From an uncultured Gemmatimonadales bacterium (GTDB lineage: Bacteria > Gemmatimonadota > Gemmatimonadetes > Longimicrobiales > RSA9): DNA of 64,000 bases. Location: positions 352,001 through 416,000 of the forward strand of contig CAWAMW010000016.1 of NCBI GenBank assembly GCA_963783305.1. The letters run 5' to 3'. The notes beneath the pieces were generated by a model. The model saw only the letters and a program-made list of their open reading frames with translations, searched no databases and was not told the DNA's origin. Shown here one piece after another: positions 12,237 to 22,617 of this stretch (position 1 is the first letter of the stretch; each line of letters begins with the position of its first letter). A program made the position numbers and the translations under genes.

Positions 12237-12287
12237 CGAACCCCCCGGGTTCGGGGGAAGACATAGGCCAACTTGAAGGGAGGAGTT

Positions 12288-14393
12288 ATGGCCACCGCGA
12301 AGGAGTACGCCACCGAAAGGATCCGGAACGTCGCCGTGTTGGGACACGGCGGCTCCGGTAAGACGACGTTGGTGGATGCGCTCGCGTTCGTCGCCGGGTC
12401 GACGCGCCGACACGGCAGCGTCGATGATGGGTCGGCCCTCACCATGTACACGCCCGAGGAGGTCGCCCATGGCCTCTCGATGCAGGCGACACCCGCGTTC
12501 GCGGAGTGGGAGGGCACGAAGATCAACCTGCTGGACACGCCGGGATACATGGACTTCACCGGCGAGGCCCTCGCCGCCACACGGGTGACGGATGGCGCTG
12601 TGATTGTCCTCGGCGCCACCACCGGGGTCGAGGTGGGCACCGAGAAGGTCTGGGAATATTGCGAGGATCGCGGAATTCCCAGACTTTTTTTCGTCTCCAT
12701 GATGGATAAGGAGAACGCCGACTTCGAGCGAGTCTACAACGACATCAACCAGCACCTCACCGAGAAGGTGATCCCGGTCGAGATTCCCATCGGTGCCGGG
12801 GATGGGTTCCGGGGCATCATCAACCTGTTCAGCGGCCGCGCGCACATCTACGAGCCGGGCGGCACGAGCGGGGAGTACGAGGAGACGGAGATTCCGGAGG
12901 AGAAGCGCGAGAAGTTCGAGAAGTGGCGCACGGAACTCATGGAGACCATCGCCACCACGGATGACACGCTGCTCGAGGCGTACCTGGAGGGCGGCGAGAT
13001 CGACCGGGAGCAGGCGCTGGACGCCATGAAGGCCGCCATGGCCCGCGGCGAGATCTTCCCGCTCTTCTGCGGCGCGCCCCAGAAGACCTGGGGGACCCGT
13101 GCGCTGATCCGGAAGATCGTGGAGCTCATGCCGAACCCGGCCGAGGCGCCGGCGCAGATCGCACAGCGGCCGAACATCGACCAGGTGGTGGAGCTGCGTG
13201 CCGCCGATGACCAGCCGTTCGCCGCGCTGGTCTACAAGACTCTGAGCGAGCCCCACGTGGGCGAGCTCTCCTTCTTTCGCGTATTCAGCGGCCATGTAGA
13301 GCAGGGGATGGAGGTCGTAAACGCAAACCGCGAGTCGCCCGAGAAGCTCGCCCACGTCTCCATCTCCCAGGGCAAGGAGCGCATGGAGGTCCCGGTCCTG
13401 CACGCCGGGGACCTGGGCATCGTGGCGAAACTGAAGGATACGCACACCAACGACACCATCTGTGACCCCGACCGCCCGCTCGTCATCGAGCCCATACGCT
13501 TCCCGAAGCCGGACAGCGCCGTCGCCATCCAGGCGGCCAGTCGAAGCGATGAGGACAAGCTCGGGACAGGGCTCGGTCGACTGCACGAAGAGGATCCCAC
13601 GTTTGCCAGCGGCTACGACCCCGAGGTTCGCCAGACCATCATCCGCGGCCTGGGCGAGCTCCACCTGGACGTCCAGATGGAGCGGCTCAAGCGGAAATAC
13701 GGCGTGGAGGTGACCACGGAGCAGCCACGGATCCACTACAGGGAGACGATCCGGAAGCAGGCGGAGGCACAGGGCAAGTACAAGAAGCAGACGGGCGGGC
13801 GCGGCCAGTTCGGCGACTGCCACGTTCGGCTCAAGCCGCTGCCGCGGGACGAGGGCTACCGGTTCACCGACTCCATCACCGGTGGCGTGATCCCGAACAA
13901 GTTCATTCCGTCGGTGGACAAGGGCGTGCGCGAGGCAGCGGCGAAGGGCGTGATCGCGGGGTATCCCGTGGTGGACCTCGAGGCCGAATGCTTCGACGGC
14001 TCCTACCACAACGTGGATTCCAGCGACGTGGCCTTCCAGGTGGCTGGCTCCATGGCCTTCAAAAAGGCGGTGAAGGACGCCGCCCCCGTGCTCCTGGAGC
14101 CCATCATGGAGGTCGAGATCACCACCCCCGAGGACTTCATGGGCGACATCATGGGGGACCTGAACCAGCGCAGAGGGAAGATCCAGGGCATGGAAACCCA
14201 GGGATCGAAGACGGTGATCCGCGCGCTGGTGCCTGAGGCGGAGCTGTACAAGTACGCCACGACGCTCCGGTCCATGAGTCACGGTCGGGCGATGCACAGC
14301 CGCACGTTTCACGGCTATGAGGAGGTGCCGCAGCACGTGGCCCAGCAGCTGATAGACTCCGCAAGCCGCGAGGAGGAGGAAATCACGGCCTGA
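12288..14393 (+). CDS. fusA: Elongation factor G paralog (EF-G2 type, outside the str operon)
   Basis: RNVAVLGHGGSGKTTL, DTPGYMDF, GLGELHL, YRETI, KKQTGGRGQFG, DGSYHNVDSS, LLEPIM. RBS GGAGGAG. Confidence 0.92.
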   Translation: MATAKEYATERIRNVAVLGHGGSGKTTLVDALAFVAGSTRRHGSVDDGSALTMYTPEEVAHGLSMQATPAFAEWEGTKINLLDTPGYMDFTGEALAATRVTDGAVIVLGATTGVEVGTEKVWEYCEDRGIPRLFFVSMMDKENADFERVYNDINQHLTEKVIPVEIPIGAGDGFRGIINLFSGRAHIYEPGGTSGEYEETEIPEEKREKFEKWRTELMETIATTDDTLLEAYLEGGEIDREQALDAMKAAMARGEIFPLFCGAPQKTWGTRALIRKIVELMPNPAEAPAQIAQRPNIDQVVELRAADDQPFAALVYKTLSEPHVGELSFFRVFSGHVEQGMEVVNANRESPEKLAHVSISQGKERMEVPVLHAGDLGIVAKLKDTHTNDTICDPDRPLVIEPIRFPKPDSAVAIQAASRSDEDKLGTGLGRLHEEDPTFASGYDPEVRQTIIRGLGELHLDVQMERLKRKYGVEVTTEQPRIHYRETIRKQAEAQGKYKKQTGGRGQFGDCHVRLKPLPRDEGYRFTDSITGGVIPNKFIPSVDKGVREAAAKGVIAGYPVVDLEAECFDGSYHNVDSSDVAFQVAGSMAFKKAVKDAAPVLLEPIMEVEITTPEDFMGDIMGDLNQRRGKIQGMETQGSKTVIRALVPEAELYKYATTLRSMSHGRAMHSRTFHGYEEVPQHVAQQLIDSASREEEEITA

Positions 14394-14503
14394 TCCGGCC
14401 GCAGGGTGCAGCCGGTGGGTCGGACCCGGCTACGGGACCCGGAGTTCGGGGAGTGGCAGGAGCGCTCCGTGCTCTCCGGGTTCCGCGCCGGGGCGTGGGG
14501 CCC

Positions 14504-15988
14504 TTACGCGGGCTGACGCCGGGGCGACGCGGCGGTCAGGTGTGTGGGATGGATGGGCAGCGTCAGGAGGAAGACGGTCTCTCCCGTGGCCGGGTGGGAG
14601 TCCACTTCGATGGTCCCGCCATGGGCCTCCACACCCGCCCGCGCGATGGGCAGCCCCAGGCCGGCGCCCACCCGTCCGGAGGCGTCCCGCCCACGGTAGT
14701 AGCGGTCGAAGACGTGGGCGCGGCTTTCCGGTGGGATGGGTGGGCCCTGATCCCTGACCGCGAACGTGACCATCCCGCCGAGCCCCGCGACCCGGATCTC
14801 GATCCGTCCCCCTCGCGGGCTGAACTTGATGGCGTTCTCCAGGAGGTGCCCGAACACTTCCTCCCGCAGGATATCCGGGTCGGCGATGAGGAAGCTCGGG
14901 GCGGAGTCGTCGACCGTCGCGGCCACGGTGATCCCGTGCCGGGAGCCGAGACCGGTGTAGGAGCGTCCGAGCTCCACGGCGAAGTGACGCAGGTTGATCT
15001 CCTCGAGCCCCAGCTGGAGCCCCGCCGCCTGGATCCGGCTGATCTCCAACAGCTGGTTCAGTCGGGTGCTCAACGTCCGGGTCTGGCGCCCGAGGGAGTC
15101 GAGGATCTGGCGGTGCCGTTCTCCCAGCTCATCGGGCAGCTCCTCGGCCAGCAGTTCGGCGTACCCGCTGATGACGTTGATGGGCGTTTTCAGGTCGTGG
15201 GTGGCAATACCGACGAACTCGGCCTTCATCCGGTCCAGATCCGCGAGCTGGAGCGCCATGGACCGAAACGTCCGGAACAGCTCGCCGACCTCGTCCTGGC
15301 GCTCGTAGGGCAGGTTCTCAGGGGGGTGGAAGTCGCCATCGGCGACGCGAGCCATGGACGTGGACAGCCGGTTGAGCGGTCGGGTCAGGTAGCGGGCCGT
15401 GAGCAGGGTGAGGAGGCCGGCCACGAGGAGGCCCAGGAGCAGTGCGGTGGTGGTGATGGTGACCGCCCGTCCCGTGATCTCGTCCACTGAGCTGAGCCGC
15501 GCGGCCGTGAGGGCGTCCACAGCGCCCGCGAGCGTCTCCGCCGATTCCGTGGAGGCGAGGATGAGAGGAGTGAGCTGGTAGCGCAGGAGCTGGGTCGCCG
15601 CCTCCGCATGGCCGGCTTCCATCAAAAGGGATGTGAGGGAGGAGACGGCGGAGAGCATGGGCACGGGGATCCGGGCCTGGTCTACCGCCTCCGCGTAGCC
15701 GGCCGACCGCAGACGGTCGAGGTCGCGGCCGACGCTGGCTACCGCCTGACGCGTGAGCTCGCCGAGCTCCGGATCGCCGGTGGCCACGTAGGTCCGCTGG
15801 TATCGGTCCAGCCGTTCCAGACCCGTCTGGATCCGGCCAACCATGTACGCGGCTTCAGCCGTCCGCTCCCGGAGGTCGAGAGCCGTGGACCTCACTGCAC
15901 GGACGCTCGTCACCCCCAGGAGCGCGGGGACCGCCATCACCACCAGCACCGCGAGAAGGCTCAGGATGAACCGGGTTCGGAGCTTCAC
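14504..15988 (-). CDS. Membrane HAMP-domain sensor histidine kinase
   Basis: Two TM helices, HAMP (LTRPLNRL...DEVGEL), THDLKTP, NAIKF, GAGLGL. GTGA overlap with the upstream stop. Confidence 0.9.
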   Translation of the reverse strand: MKLRTRFILSLLAVLVVMAVPALLGVTSVRAVRSTALDLRERTAEAAYMVGRIQTGLERLDRYQRTYVATGDPELGELTRQAVASVGRDLDRLRSAGYAEAVDQARIPVPMLSAVSSLTSLLMEAGHAEAATQLLRYQLTPLILASTESAETLAGAVDALTAARLSSVDEITGRAVTITTTALLLGLLVAGLLTLLTARYLTRPLNRLSTSMARVADGDFHPPENLPYERQDEVGELFRTFRSMALQLADLDRMKAEFVGIATHDLKTPINVISGYAELLAEELPDELGERHRQILDSLGRQTRTLSTRLNQLLEISRIQAAGLQLGLEEINLRHFAVELGRSYTGLGSRHGITVAATVDDSAPSFLIADPDILREEVFGHLLENAIKFSPRGGRIEIRVAGLGGMVTFAVRDQGPPIPPESRAHVFDRYYRGRDASGRVGAGLGLPIARAGVEAHGGTIEVDSHPATGETVFLLTLPIHPTHLTAASPRRQPA

Positions 15989-17289
15989 GCCATCGCCCGC
16001 TGGGTGAGCCTCGAGATCTCCACGTCCTGGCGAGCCACCTTCCGCTCCAGTTCCCGGACCTGGCGTCGCAACGCTTCCCGCTCCGTCTCGAGGGACCGGA
16101 CCCGGTCCGGGTCGGGGCCGCTGAGGGCCGCCGGAGCGCGGGATCTGGCCGGATCCGGGCGATCGGCCCGCACCGGCACGGTAGCCTCGGCTGCCTGGCC
16201 GAGGACGTGAACCTCCGGCGCGATCCGGAGCATGGCCTCGACGACGTCCGGATCGAAATGGGACCCGGAGCACGCCTTCAACTCGTCGAGCGCCTCCTTC
16301 ACCGACCATGCCCCCTTGTACGGCCGCTCGTGGGTGAGGGAATCGAAGACGTCGGCCACCGCGACGATCCGCCCGGAGAGGGGAATCTCCTGGCCGGCGA
16401 TCCCCTCCGGGTAGCCACCCCCGTCCCAGTGCTCGTGGTGGACGTAGGCGATCTCCTGCGCCAGCTGGAGGATCGGGAATCGGCTGCCCGACAGGATATC
16501 GGTGCCGATCCGTGTGTGGTCCTGCATCACCGCGCGTTCGTGGTCGGTGAGCCGGCCTCGCTTCAACAGGATGGCATCGGGGATGCCGATCTTCCCGATG
16601 TCGTGGAGGGGCGCTGCTCGCCGGATCAGCTCGATCCAGTCGAGGGGCTCCCCCAGGATCTGGGCGAGCCGTGCGGCCACGCGGCCCACCCGCTGGGTGT
16701 GCTGGCCCGTGTCGTCATCCCGGTACTCGGCCGCCCGCGCCAGGCGGTCGAGGATCTCGAGGCGCGCCGCCTCCAACTCCCGCGTCCGATCCACGACGCG
16801 GTCTTCGAGAAGGGTGTTGTATTCCCGGAGACGGGCCTGGAGGAACCGGGTCTCGAGCAGGTTGTGGACCCGGAGCCGGACGTCGGCGGGGCTGAGCGGC
16901 TTGGTGAGGAAGTCGCGCGCGCCGAGCGAGAGCGCCCGGCGCTGTGCGCTTGCCGCGGTGTCGGCCGTGACCACGAGCACCGGCAGGTACGATCCCGGCG
17001 CCAGCTGACCGCGGACGCGCTCGAGGAATTGAAAGCCGTCCAGCGTGGGCATCATGAGGTCCAGGAGCACCAGGTCCGGCTCCGCCTCGGCCACCGAGTT
17101 CAGCGCGGCCACGGAATCGCTGAACTCCACCAGCTCACCGTACCCCTCCGGTTCGAGGACGTGGCGGAGGAACTCGGTGTTGGCCGGGTCATCATCGACG
17201 ATCAGGATGCGCACCCGGTCCCGCGGAACGCCCTGCGGCTCTAAGCTGGTCAAATTTCTCTTCCCCGGAGGTATCGACGTGATCCTCAA
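15985..17289 (-). CDS. Response regulator with HD-GYP phosphodiesterase domain (RpfG-like)
   Basis: REC (ILIVDDD, DLMMP, FLTKP), HDIGKIGIPD, HHEHWDGGGYP, ADVFDSL, RPYK. The true start may be the GTG at 17214. Confidence 0.92.
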   Translation of the reverse strand: MRITSIPPGKRNLTSLEPQGVPRDRVRILIVDDDPANTEFLRHVLEPEGYGELVEFSDSVAALNSVAEAEPDLVLLDLMMPTLDGFQFLERVRGQLAPGSYLPVLVVTADTAASAQRRALSLGARDFLTKPLSPADVRLRVHNLLETRFLQARLREYNTLLEDRVVDRTRELEAARLEILDRLARAAEYRDDDTGQHTQRVGRVAARLAQILGEPLDWIELIRRAAPLHDIGKIGIPDAILLKRGRLTDHERAVMQDHTRIGTDILSGSRFPILQLAQEIAYVHHEHWDGGGYPEGIAGQEIPLSGRIVAVADVFDSLTHERPYKGAWSVKEALDELKACSGSHFDPDVVEAMLRIAPEVHVLGQAAEATVPVRADRPDPARSRAPAALSGPDPDRVRSLETEREALRRQVRELERKVARQDVEISRLTQRAMA

Positions 17290-17388
17290 ATGTCACAGCG
17301 ATACGCGTCGGAGGTCAATTCCCCGTCTGATTAGACACCCGCTCAAGGTGAGGAGCGGGCGTTCGTCCGGGCGCCGGCCTGGGCGCGG

Positions 17389-17847
17389 TCAGGTGGTGCC
17401 GTCTCGCTCCAGCTCTATGGCCGGTGCGGCTCGCCGCCGTGCCAGCCAGTGATCGACGCTGTATCGACCCGGTCCGATCAGCGCCAGGCCGAGCGCGACC
17501 CACATGTTCTTGAACGCGTGGGCTGGGGTGCCATTCCCGGTCGTCAGGTGGCCGAGCCACGCCATGAACATGGTGCCGGCGATCAGCAGGGCGGCCGGTC
17601 GGAAGAGGAACCCCGCGGCGATCAGAAGCCCGCCAATCCCTTCCGCGAACGCCGCCAGGAACCCGAAGAAGGTGTGGCCGAAGCCGATCCCCAGCGTCTC
17701 CACCGAGCTGCCGACTCCCGCCCAGCGCTCGGGTCCGCCCATCAGCTTGCCCCAGCCGTGGAAGTACGTGAAGCCGAGGCCAAAGCCCAGCCTTAGTACC
17801 AGCAGCCCGATGTCTGCCCAGCGGTTCGTCTTCTCTGCCGCCATCAC
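17389..17847 (-). CDS. DoxX family membrane protein
   Basis: GLLVLRL...HGWGKL...E..GG...GPGRYSVD; four TM helices. Confidence 0.9.
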   Translation of the reverse strand: MMAAEKTNRWADIGLLVLRLGFGLGFTYFHGWGKLMGGPERWAGVGSSVETLGIGFGHTFFGFLAAFAEGIGGLLIAAGFLFRPAALLIAGTMFMAWLGHLTTGNGTPAHAFKNMWVALGLALIGPGRYSVDHWLARRRAAPAIELERDGTT

Positions 17848-19589
17848 TGCTCCGTGGTGGGGTCACGGCTGAGTCGGGCGGCGATCTGCTTCCACTCCGG
17901 GAGCAGCTCGCGCACCTCGTAGCGCGGACGGATGTCCACCGGCACATCCGTCAGGCGCGCCACAGCCGCCTCGATTTCCGGCCGCATCTGGCCGTATTCC
18001 TCCAGGAGCCGGCCGGCCCGCTCGTAGTCGCCCTCGGCCTCGAGCGTGAGCAGTTCCGTGGCCAGCGATCGCACCGCCGCCTCCATCGCCGGGATGTCGG
18101 CCGTGATCATGCCCTCGTCGTCGAACCGGATCGCACCCTTCTCCCACAGCCAGTTGAACTGGATGAGGTTGGCCTGGCCGTGGGCCTCGGTGGCGCCGAA
18201 CCGGATCGAGCGGAACAGGTCGGGGAGCTCTCCCACGAACGCGGCGCGGACGAAGGCGTCGTTGTAGAGCCCGCGCTCGCGGAGCACCGTGAGGTTGTGC
18301 AGCCCCACCACGTCGGCCTTGGCTTCCTCGATGGCGCTGTAGCGGTCCTGGAGCGCCTGGTTCACCGTGATCCGTGCGCCATCACGCTCGATGAAGCCGG
18401 GCCCGAGCCCGTGTGCAAGCTCGTGCATGAGCACGCTCGTGAACCACGGCTGGAACTCCAGGTCGGCCAGCATGGCCGGGTCGAGAATGGCCTCGGCGAT
18501 GGGCTGGAGGATCTGGTCGAACTTGGCCTGGCTCACGTTCCGGAGCATGACCTTCTTCGACCCCTTCGCGCTCCGGACCCGTTCGTCGTTCGGCAGGTTG
18601 AAGGCGATGGTCTGAACCCCTGCCCGCGTGTCGCCGGCCGTGTACACCACATCCACCACCCGCATGGGGCTCTCGAAGCCGCGCTCGACGTTCTTCATCC
18701 GATCGGGGACCGGCAGGTTCTCCTCCAGCATCCGCAGCGCACTCTTCAGCGTGTCCAGCTCGGCGCTGGCCGCCGCGTCGGCCACGGTGACGAAGCTCTC
18801 GAACGCCGCCTTCGACCCCGTCAGGGCGTCCTCGTAGACCTCGTACGGTCCGATGGTGGGCTCGATCTTCGTGCCCTGGATGTCCATCCACGCCATGTCG
18901 CTGGGGTAATAGTCGTCGGTCAGGAACGACTCAGCCCGGCTCTCCAGGTACCTCGACAGCGACGCGTTCCGCGACAGGGCGGCGGCCTCCCGCAGCAGCG
19001 TGGCCGCGCGCCCGAGCTCGGCCCCGAACGCTTCGGAGTAGGGGACGGCCACGAGGGAGTCGCCGCGCCGCTCCACCATGGTGAATGTGCCCAGCAGCGC
19101 CTCCCGCTGGTCGGGGTGTGCCTCGAGGTAGGCGTCGAGCTCTTCGCGCGTGAGGTCGGCCGGGTAGAAGCCGGCGCCTGCCGGCTTCGGTCCAACGGCC
19201 AGGAACGGCTCCTGATCCGCCTGCCGGTCCCACGGGCCCACCATGATGTCGTGGTAGATCGACGCCGGGTCGTCCTTCTCCATAGCCGCCACGCCCCGCG
19301 ACCACGCCGGCTTTTCGCCGCTCACCTGCCGCGCAAAGAGCTCGTGCATGACGTCGGAGGCTTCCACCAGCTTCGCCAGCACCGCCTTCTCCCAGTCCGC
19401 GAGCGCCGCCTCGTCGAACTCGATGGACGCGGGGGCGAAGTTCGTCACCCGCTGCTCGAGCTCGGCCGTGGTGACTCCCTCCGCCAGCGGGATCGGCTCC
19501 TCGTTGCGGTCCAGTGAGCAGCCGCTCAACAGCAGGAGGGGTAGAACCAGCCACGTGACCCCCAGCCCATGCATCGTCGATTCCATCAT
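17844..19589 (-). CDS. Peptidase M49 (dipeptidyl-peptidase III-like) lipoprotein
   Basis: Lipobox LSGC, IGPYEVYED, AFNLPNDE, GSKKVML, HELAH and EEAKAD zinc motifs. RBS GGAGG before ATG 19589. Confidence 0.88.
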   Translation of the reverse strand: MMESTMHGLGVTWLVLPLLLLSGCSLDRNEEPIPLAEGVTTAELEQRVTNFAPASIEFDEAALADWEKAVLAKLVEASDVMHELFARQVSGEKPAWSRGVAAMEKDDPASIYHDIMVGPWDRQADQEPFLAVGPKPAGAGFYPADLTREELDAYLEAHPDQREALLGTFTMVERRGDSLVAVPYSEAFGAELGRAATLLREAAALSRNASLSRYLESRAESFLTDDYYPSDMAWMDIQGTKIEPTIGPYEVYEDALTGSKAAFESFVTVADAAASAELDTLKSALRMLEENLPVPDRMKNVERGFESPMRVVDVVYTAGDTRAGVQTIAFNLPNDERVRSAKGSKKVMLRNVSQAKFDQILQPIAEAILDPAMLADLEFQPWFTSVLMHELAHGLGPGFIERDGARITVNQALQDRYSAIEEAKADVVGLHNLTVLRERGLYNDAFVRAAFVGELPDLFRSIRFGATEAHGQANLIQFNWLWEKGAIRFDDEGMITADIPAMEAAVRSLATELLTLEAEGDYERAGRLLEEYGQMRPEIEAAVARLTDVPVDIRPRYEVRELLPEWKQIAARLSRDPTTEQ

Positions 19590-19806
19590 CGGATCCGCCC
19601 TCCTCATTCGTTCTCCGACCGCGTTCATCAGGTGATTGGGACGCGGTGCCCGCACGTCGAGGTTGGGGCGTGCATCCTCGAAGCACAAGCGCGCGTCCAC
19701 CTACAGCTCCAGCGTGCGTATGGTATTTGCCCTATATTTGCGTACCTTGGTCTATCCGGCTTCTCCCCGAGCCGGACGCCGCCCCCCCCCGGCGAGAGGT
19801 GGTTCC

Positions 19807-22617
19807 GTGAGCGGTGCCGTGAACATCCCGCTGACGCTGTCGGAGCGCTATCGACTCGAGCGCGAGCTCGGCCATGGCGCCATGGGCTACGTGTATCTGG
19901 CGCGCGACCTCAAGCACGGACGGGAGGTCGCGGTCAAGGTGCTCACGCCCGCCACGGCACACGCCTTGGACAGCGAGCGATTTCTGGCGGAAGTGCGTAC
20001 GGCTGCCGGTCTCAATCACCCACACATCCTCACGGTCCACGAGAGCGGCGAGGCTGATGGGCGACTGTACTACGTAATGCCGCGCGTCGAGGGCTCTTCG
20101 TTGCGGGACCTCCTCGAGCGCAAGCCCCGCCTGCCGCTGACCCAGGCTGTGGATATCGCACGGCAGGTTTCCGAGGGGCTCTCCTACGCGCACGCTCGCG
20201 GAATCGTCCATCGGGACATCAAGCCCGGCAACATTCTGGTGGGCGCCACGGGCCACGTCTACATCGCCGACTTCGGCCTGGCGCTCGCGATGTCGAGCGT
20301 TAGCAGCGTGCGCCGGACGGCCGCAGGGATCGCCGTGGGGTCGCCCTTGTACATGAGCCCAGAGCAGGCGGCGGGAGAAGCCGATGTGGATGCCCGCAGC
20401 GACATCTACTCCCTGGGGTGCGTCCTCTTCGAGATGCTGGCGGGGGCTCCGCCGTTCCCCGGCACGGACGCACGGCAGGTGCTGAGCCACCACGTCATGA
20501 CTTCGCCGCCCCTGCTGCGTGCCCGGCGGGCCGATGTGCCGCGTGACCTGGAGGGAGCGGTGCAGAAGGCCCTGGCCAAGGATCCGGCCGATCGATATAC
20601 CACGGCGGAGCAGTTCTGTCGGGACCTGGAGCGACACGGCCCGGATGCTTCGAGCTCCTCGCGGGACCTCGACCCCGGCGAGACGGGTGCACCGCCAGCC
20701 CTGGCTGGCGACGCGGCAGGAGAGTCGAGCAATCTCGCCGCCGCTGTCCGCCGATTGCGTCGCCGTCCCGCTGCCAAGTGGCTGCTCGCCTATCTTGCGA
20801 TCGGTGCCCTTCTCCTTCTGGGTGGGCCGGCAGTCACCCGGCAGTTGGGTGGCTCCCCAGCCGCCCTCCGAGTGGCGCTGCTGCTCTTTGGAGCGGGTGC
20901 GCTCGCACTCGCTCTCATCCCCTGGCTGACCGCCCGCCGCGGCCGTCCTCCCCCGCATCGGCTCGAGACCACGCTGCTCCTCGTCTTCAGTTTCTGCGGC
21001 GTCCTCGCGGCCGGCGCGATGGTGGTCGCAGGGTGGGACGACGCCGGGAGCATGGGGCCGCTGGCCGCCGCGGATGTCCGCCTGACAGACGGCCCCCCCT
21101 CGATGGGCGATCTGGACCCGCGCCGGGTAGCGGTCCTCTACTTCGACGAACGGAGCACGGACGACGATACCGGCTATCTGGCGGCCGCCTTCACGGAGGA
21201 GCTGATCGACGCGCTTACGGGGGTCGAAGGGCTGGAGGTCCTCTCGAAGCACGCGGTTGCACCGTTCCGGGAGGGATCGGTTCCGCTGGAGGAGATCGTG
21301 CGCACGTTGGGGGCCGGTACGGTCGTGAGCGGAGCCGTGCGTCAGGAAGGCGACCGCATCCACGTGAGCATCCAATTGGTGGAGGGCGAAAGCGGGACGC
21401 AGCGGTGGCGCACCACGTTCGAGCGTTCGAGCGGTGAGCTGTTGGCGGCGCAGGACCAGCTCGTGGGGGAAGTCGCGCGCGCGCTTCGCTCGCGGCTCGG
21501 CTACGAGTTCGAGCTCCGCACCAGTCGCCAGGAGGCCAGCAGCGACGCGGCCTGGCGACTCGTCCGGAAGGGCGACGAGCTGGTCCGAACGCTGACCGTC
21601 AGGCAACTGCCCATGCACGATCCGGATGCCGCTGAACGGTTCGCCCACCGGGCCGACTCCCTCTACACCGAAGCCGAGCACCTCGACCCGCTCTGGGCCG
21701 AGCCGACCCTTCGGCGGGCGGAGGTGGCGGAGCTCCGCTCCCGGTTGCACCGGCCGGCATCGGATCGCCGGAGCCCTGAGTACCTGGAGCATGGAATCGC
21801 CCTTGCCACCGCGATCCTCGCCCGTGATTCCGTCTACGCTCCCGCCCTCGAGATGCGAGGACGATTGCGGTACCACCTCGCGGAGAGCACCGTGGGACCG
21901 GAGGCCGAGCGGCTGCTGGTCGCGGCGTCGGCCGACCTCGAGCGATCCGTGGCGCTGCGGCCGTCTCTCGCTATTGGCTGGTGGACCCTGAGCCGTGTGC
22001 GTTGGCGTCAGGGCTGGTTCGCCGAAGCCGCTGCTGCCGCGGAGCGTGCATTCGAGGCCGACGCCTTCCTGGAGATGCCGGAAGAGGTGCTCTTCCAGCT
22101 GTATAACACCGCCTTCGCCCAGGAGCGACTGGATGAGGCGATCCGCTGGTGCGACATAGGTCGCCAGCGGCACCCGGACGCCCTGCATTTCGTCCTGTGT
22201 CGCCTGTATTTGCTCGCCTCCGTGGACAGCCTGACCCCCGACATCGACCACGGTTGGGATCTGGTCGACTCCCTTACCGCCCGGGCCTCAGGGTTGCGCC
22301 GTGACGACTACCGTATTCTCGGGCAGCTCCAGGTGGCGAAGATCGCCGTCCAGGTGGGGCGCCCGGACAGCGCACGCGCAATCCTCCGTCGCATCGCCTC
22401 TGCGCACCAGGGTATCCCAGACTTGGCCACCTACGACGCCGCCCACGCGTACCTTCTGCTGGGTGAGCGCGCGGAGGCCCTGCGTCTGCTCCGCCGCTGG
22501 GTTGAATACGGCGGCCCCCAGAAGGCGGCTTCCCTGGCCAGGGACTGGTGGTTCCGCTCGCTCCGGGGGGACTCCGCCTTCGACGCCCTGGTGGGGCAGT
22601 CAATGGCGGATCGCTAG
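19807..22617 (+). CDS. Membrane Ser/Thr protein kinase with TolB-N-like and TPR regions
   Basis: LGHGAMGYVY, VAVKVL, HRDIKPGN, DFG, YMSPEQ, DIYSLG, then about three TM helices, RVAVLYF...G.VR (TolB-like) and helical repeats. Confidence 0.9.
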   Translation: MSGAVNIPLTLSERYRLERELGHGAMGYVYLARDLKHGREVAVKVLTPATAHALDSERFLAEVRTAAGLNHPHILTVHESGEADGRLYYVMPRVEGSSLRDLLERKPRLPLTQAVDIARQVSEGLSYAHARGIVHRDIKPGNILVGATGHVYIADFGLALAMSSVSSVRRTAAGIAVGSPLYMSPEQAAGEADVDARSDIYSLGCVLFEMLAGAPPFPGTDARQVLSHHVMTSPPLLRARRADVPRDLEGAVQKALAKDPADRYTTAEQFCRDLERHGPDASSSSRDLDPGETGAPPALAGDAAGESSNLAAAVRRLRRRPAAKWLLAYLAIGALLLLGGPAVTRQLGGSPAALRVALLLFGAGALALALIPWLTARRGRPPPHRLETTLLLVFSFCGVLAAGAMVVAGWDDAGSMGPLAAADVRLTDGPPSMGDLDPRRVAVLYFDERSTDDDTGYLAAAFTEELIDALTGVEGLEVLSKHAVAPFREGSVPLEEIVRTLGAGTVVSGAVRQEGDRIHVSIQLVEGESGTQRWRTTFERSSGELLAAQDQLVGEVARALRSRLGYEFELRTSRQEASSDAAWRLVRKGDELVRTLTVRQLPMHDPDAAERFAHRADSLYTEAEHLDPLWAEPTLRRAEVAELRSRLHRPASDRRSPEYLEHGIALATAILARDSVYAPALEMRGRLRYHLAESTVGPEAERLLVAASADLERSVALRPSLAIGWWTLSRVRWRQGWFAEAAAAAERAFEADAFLEMPEEVLFQLYNTAFAQERLDEAIRWCDIGRQRHPDALHFVLCRLYLLASVDSLTPDIDHGWDLVDSLTARASGLRRDDYRILGQLQVAKIAVQVGRPDSARAILRRIASAHQGIPDLATYDAAHAYLLLGERAEALRLLRRWVEYGGPQKAASLARDWWFRSLRGDSAFDALVGQSMADR

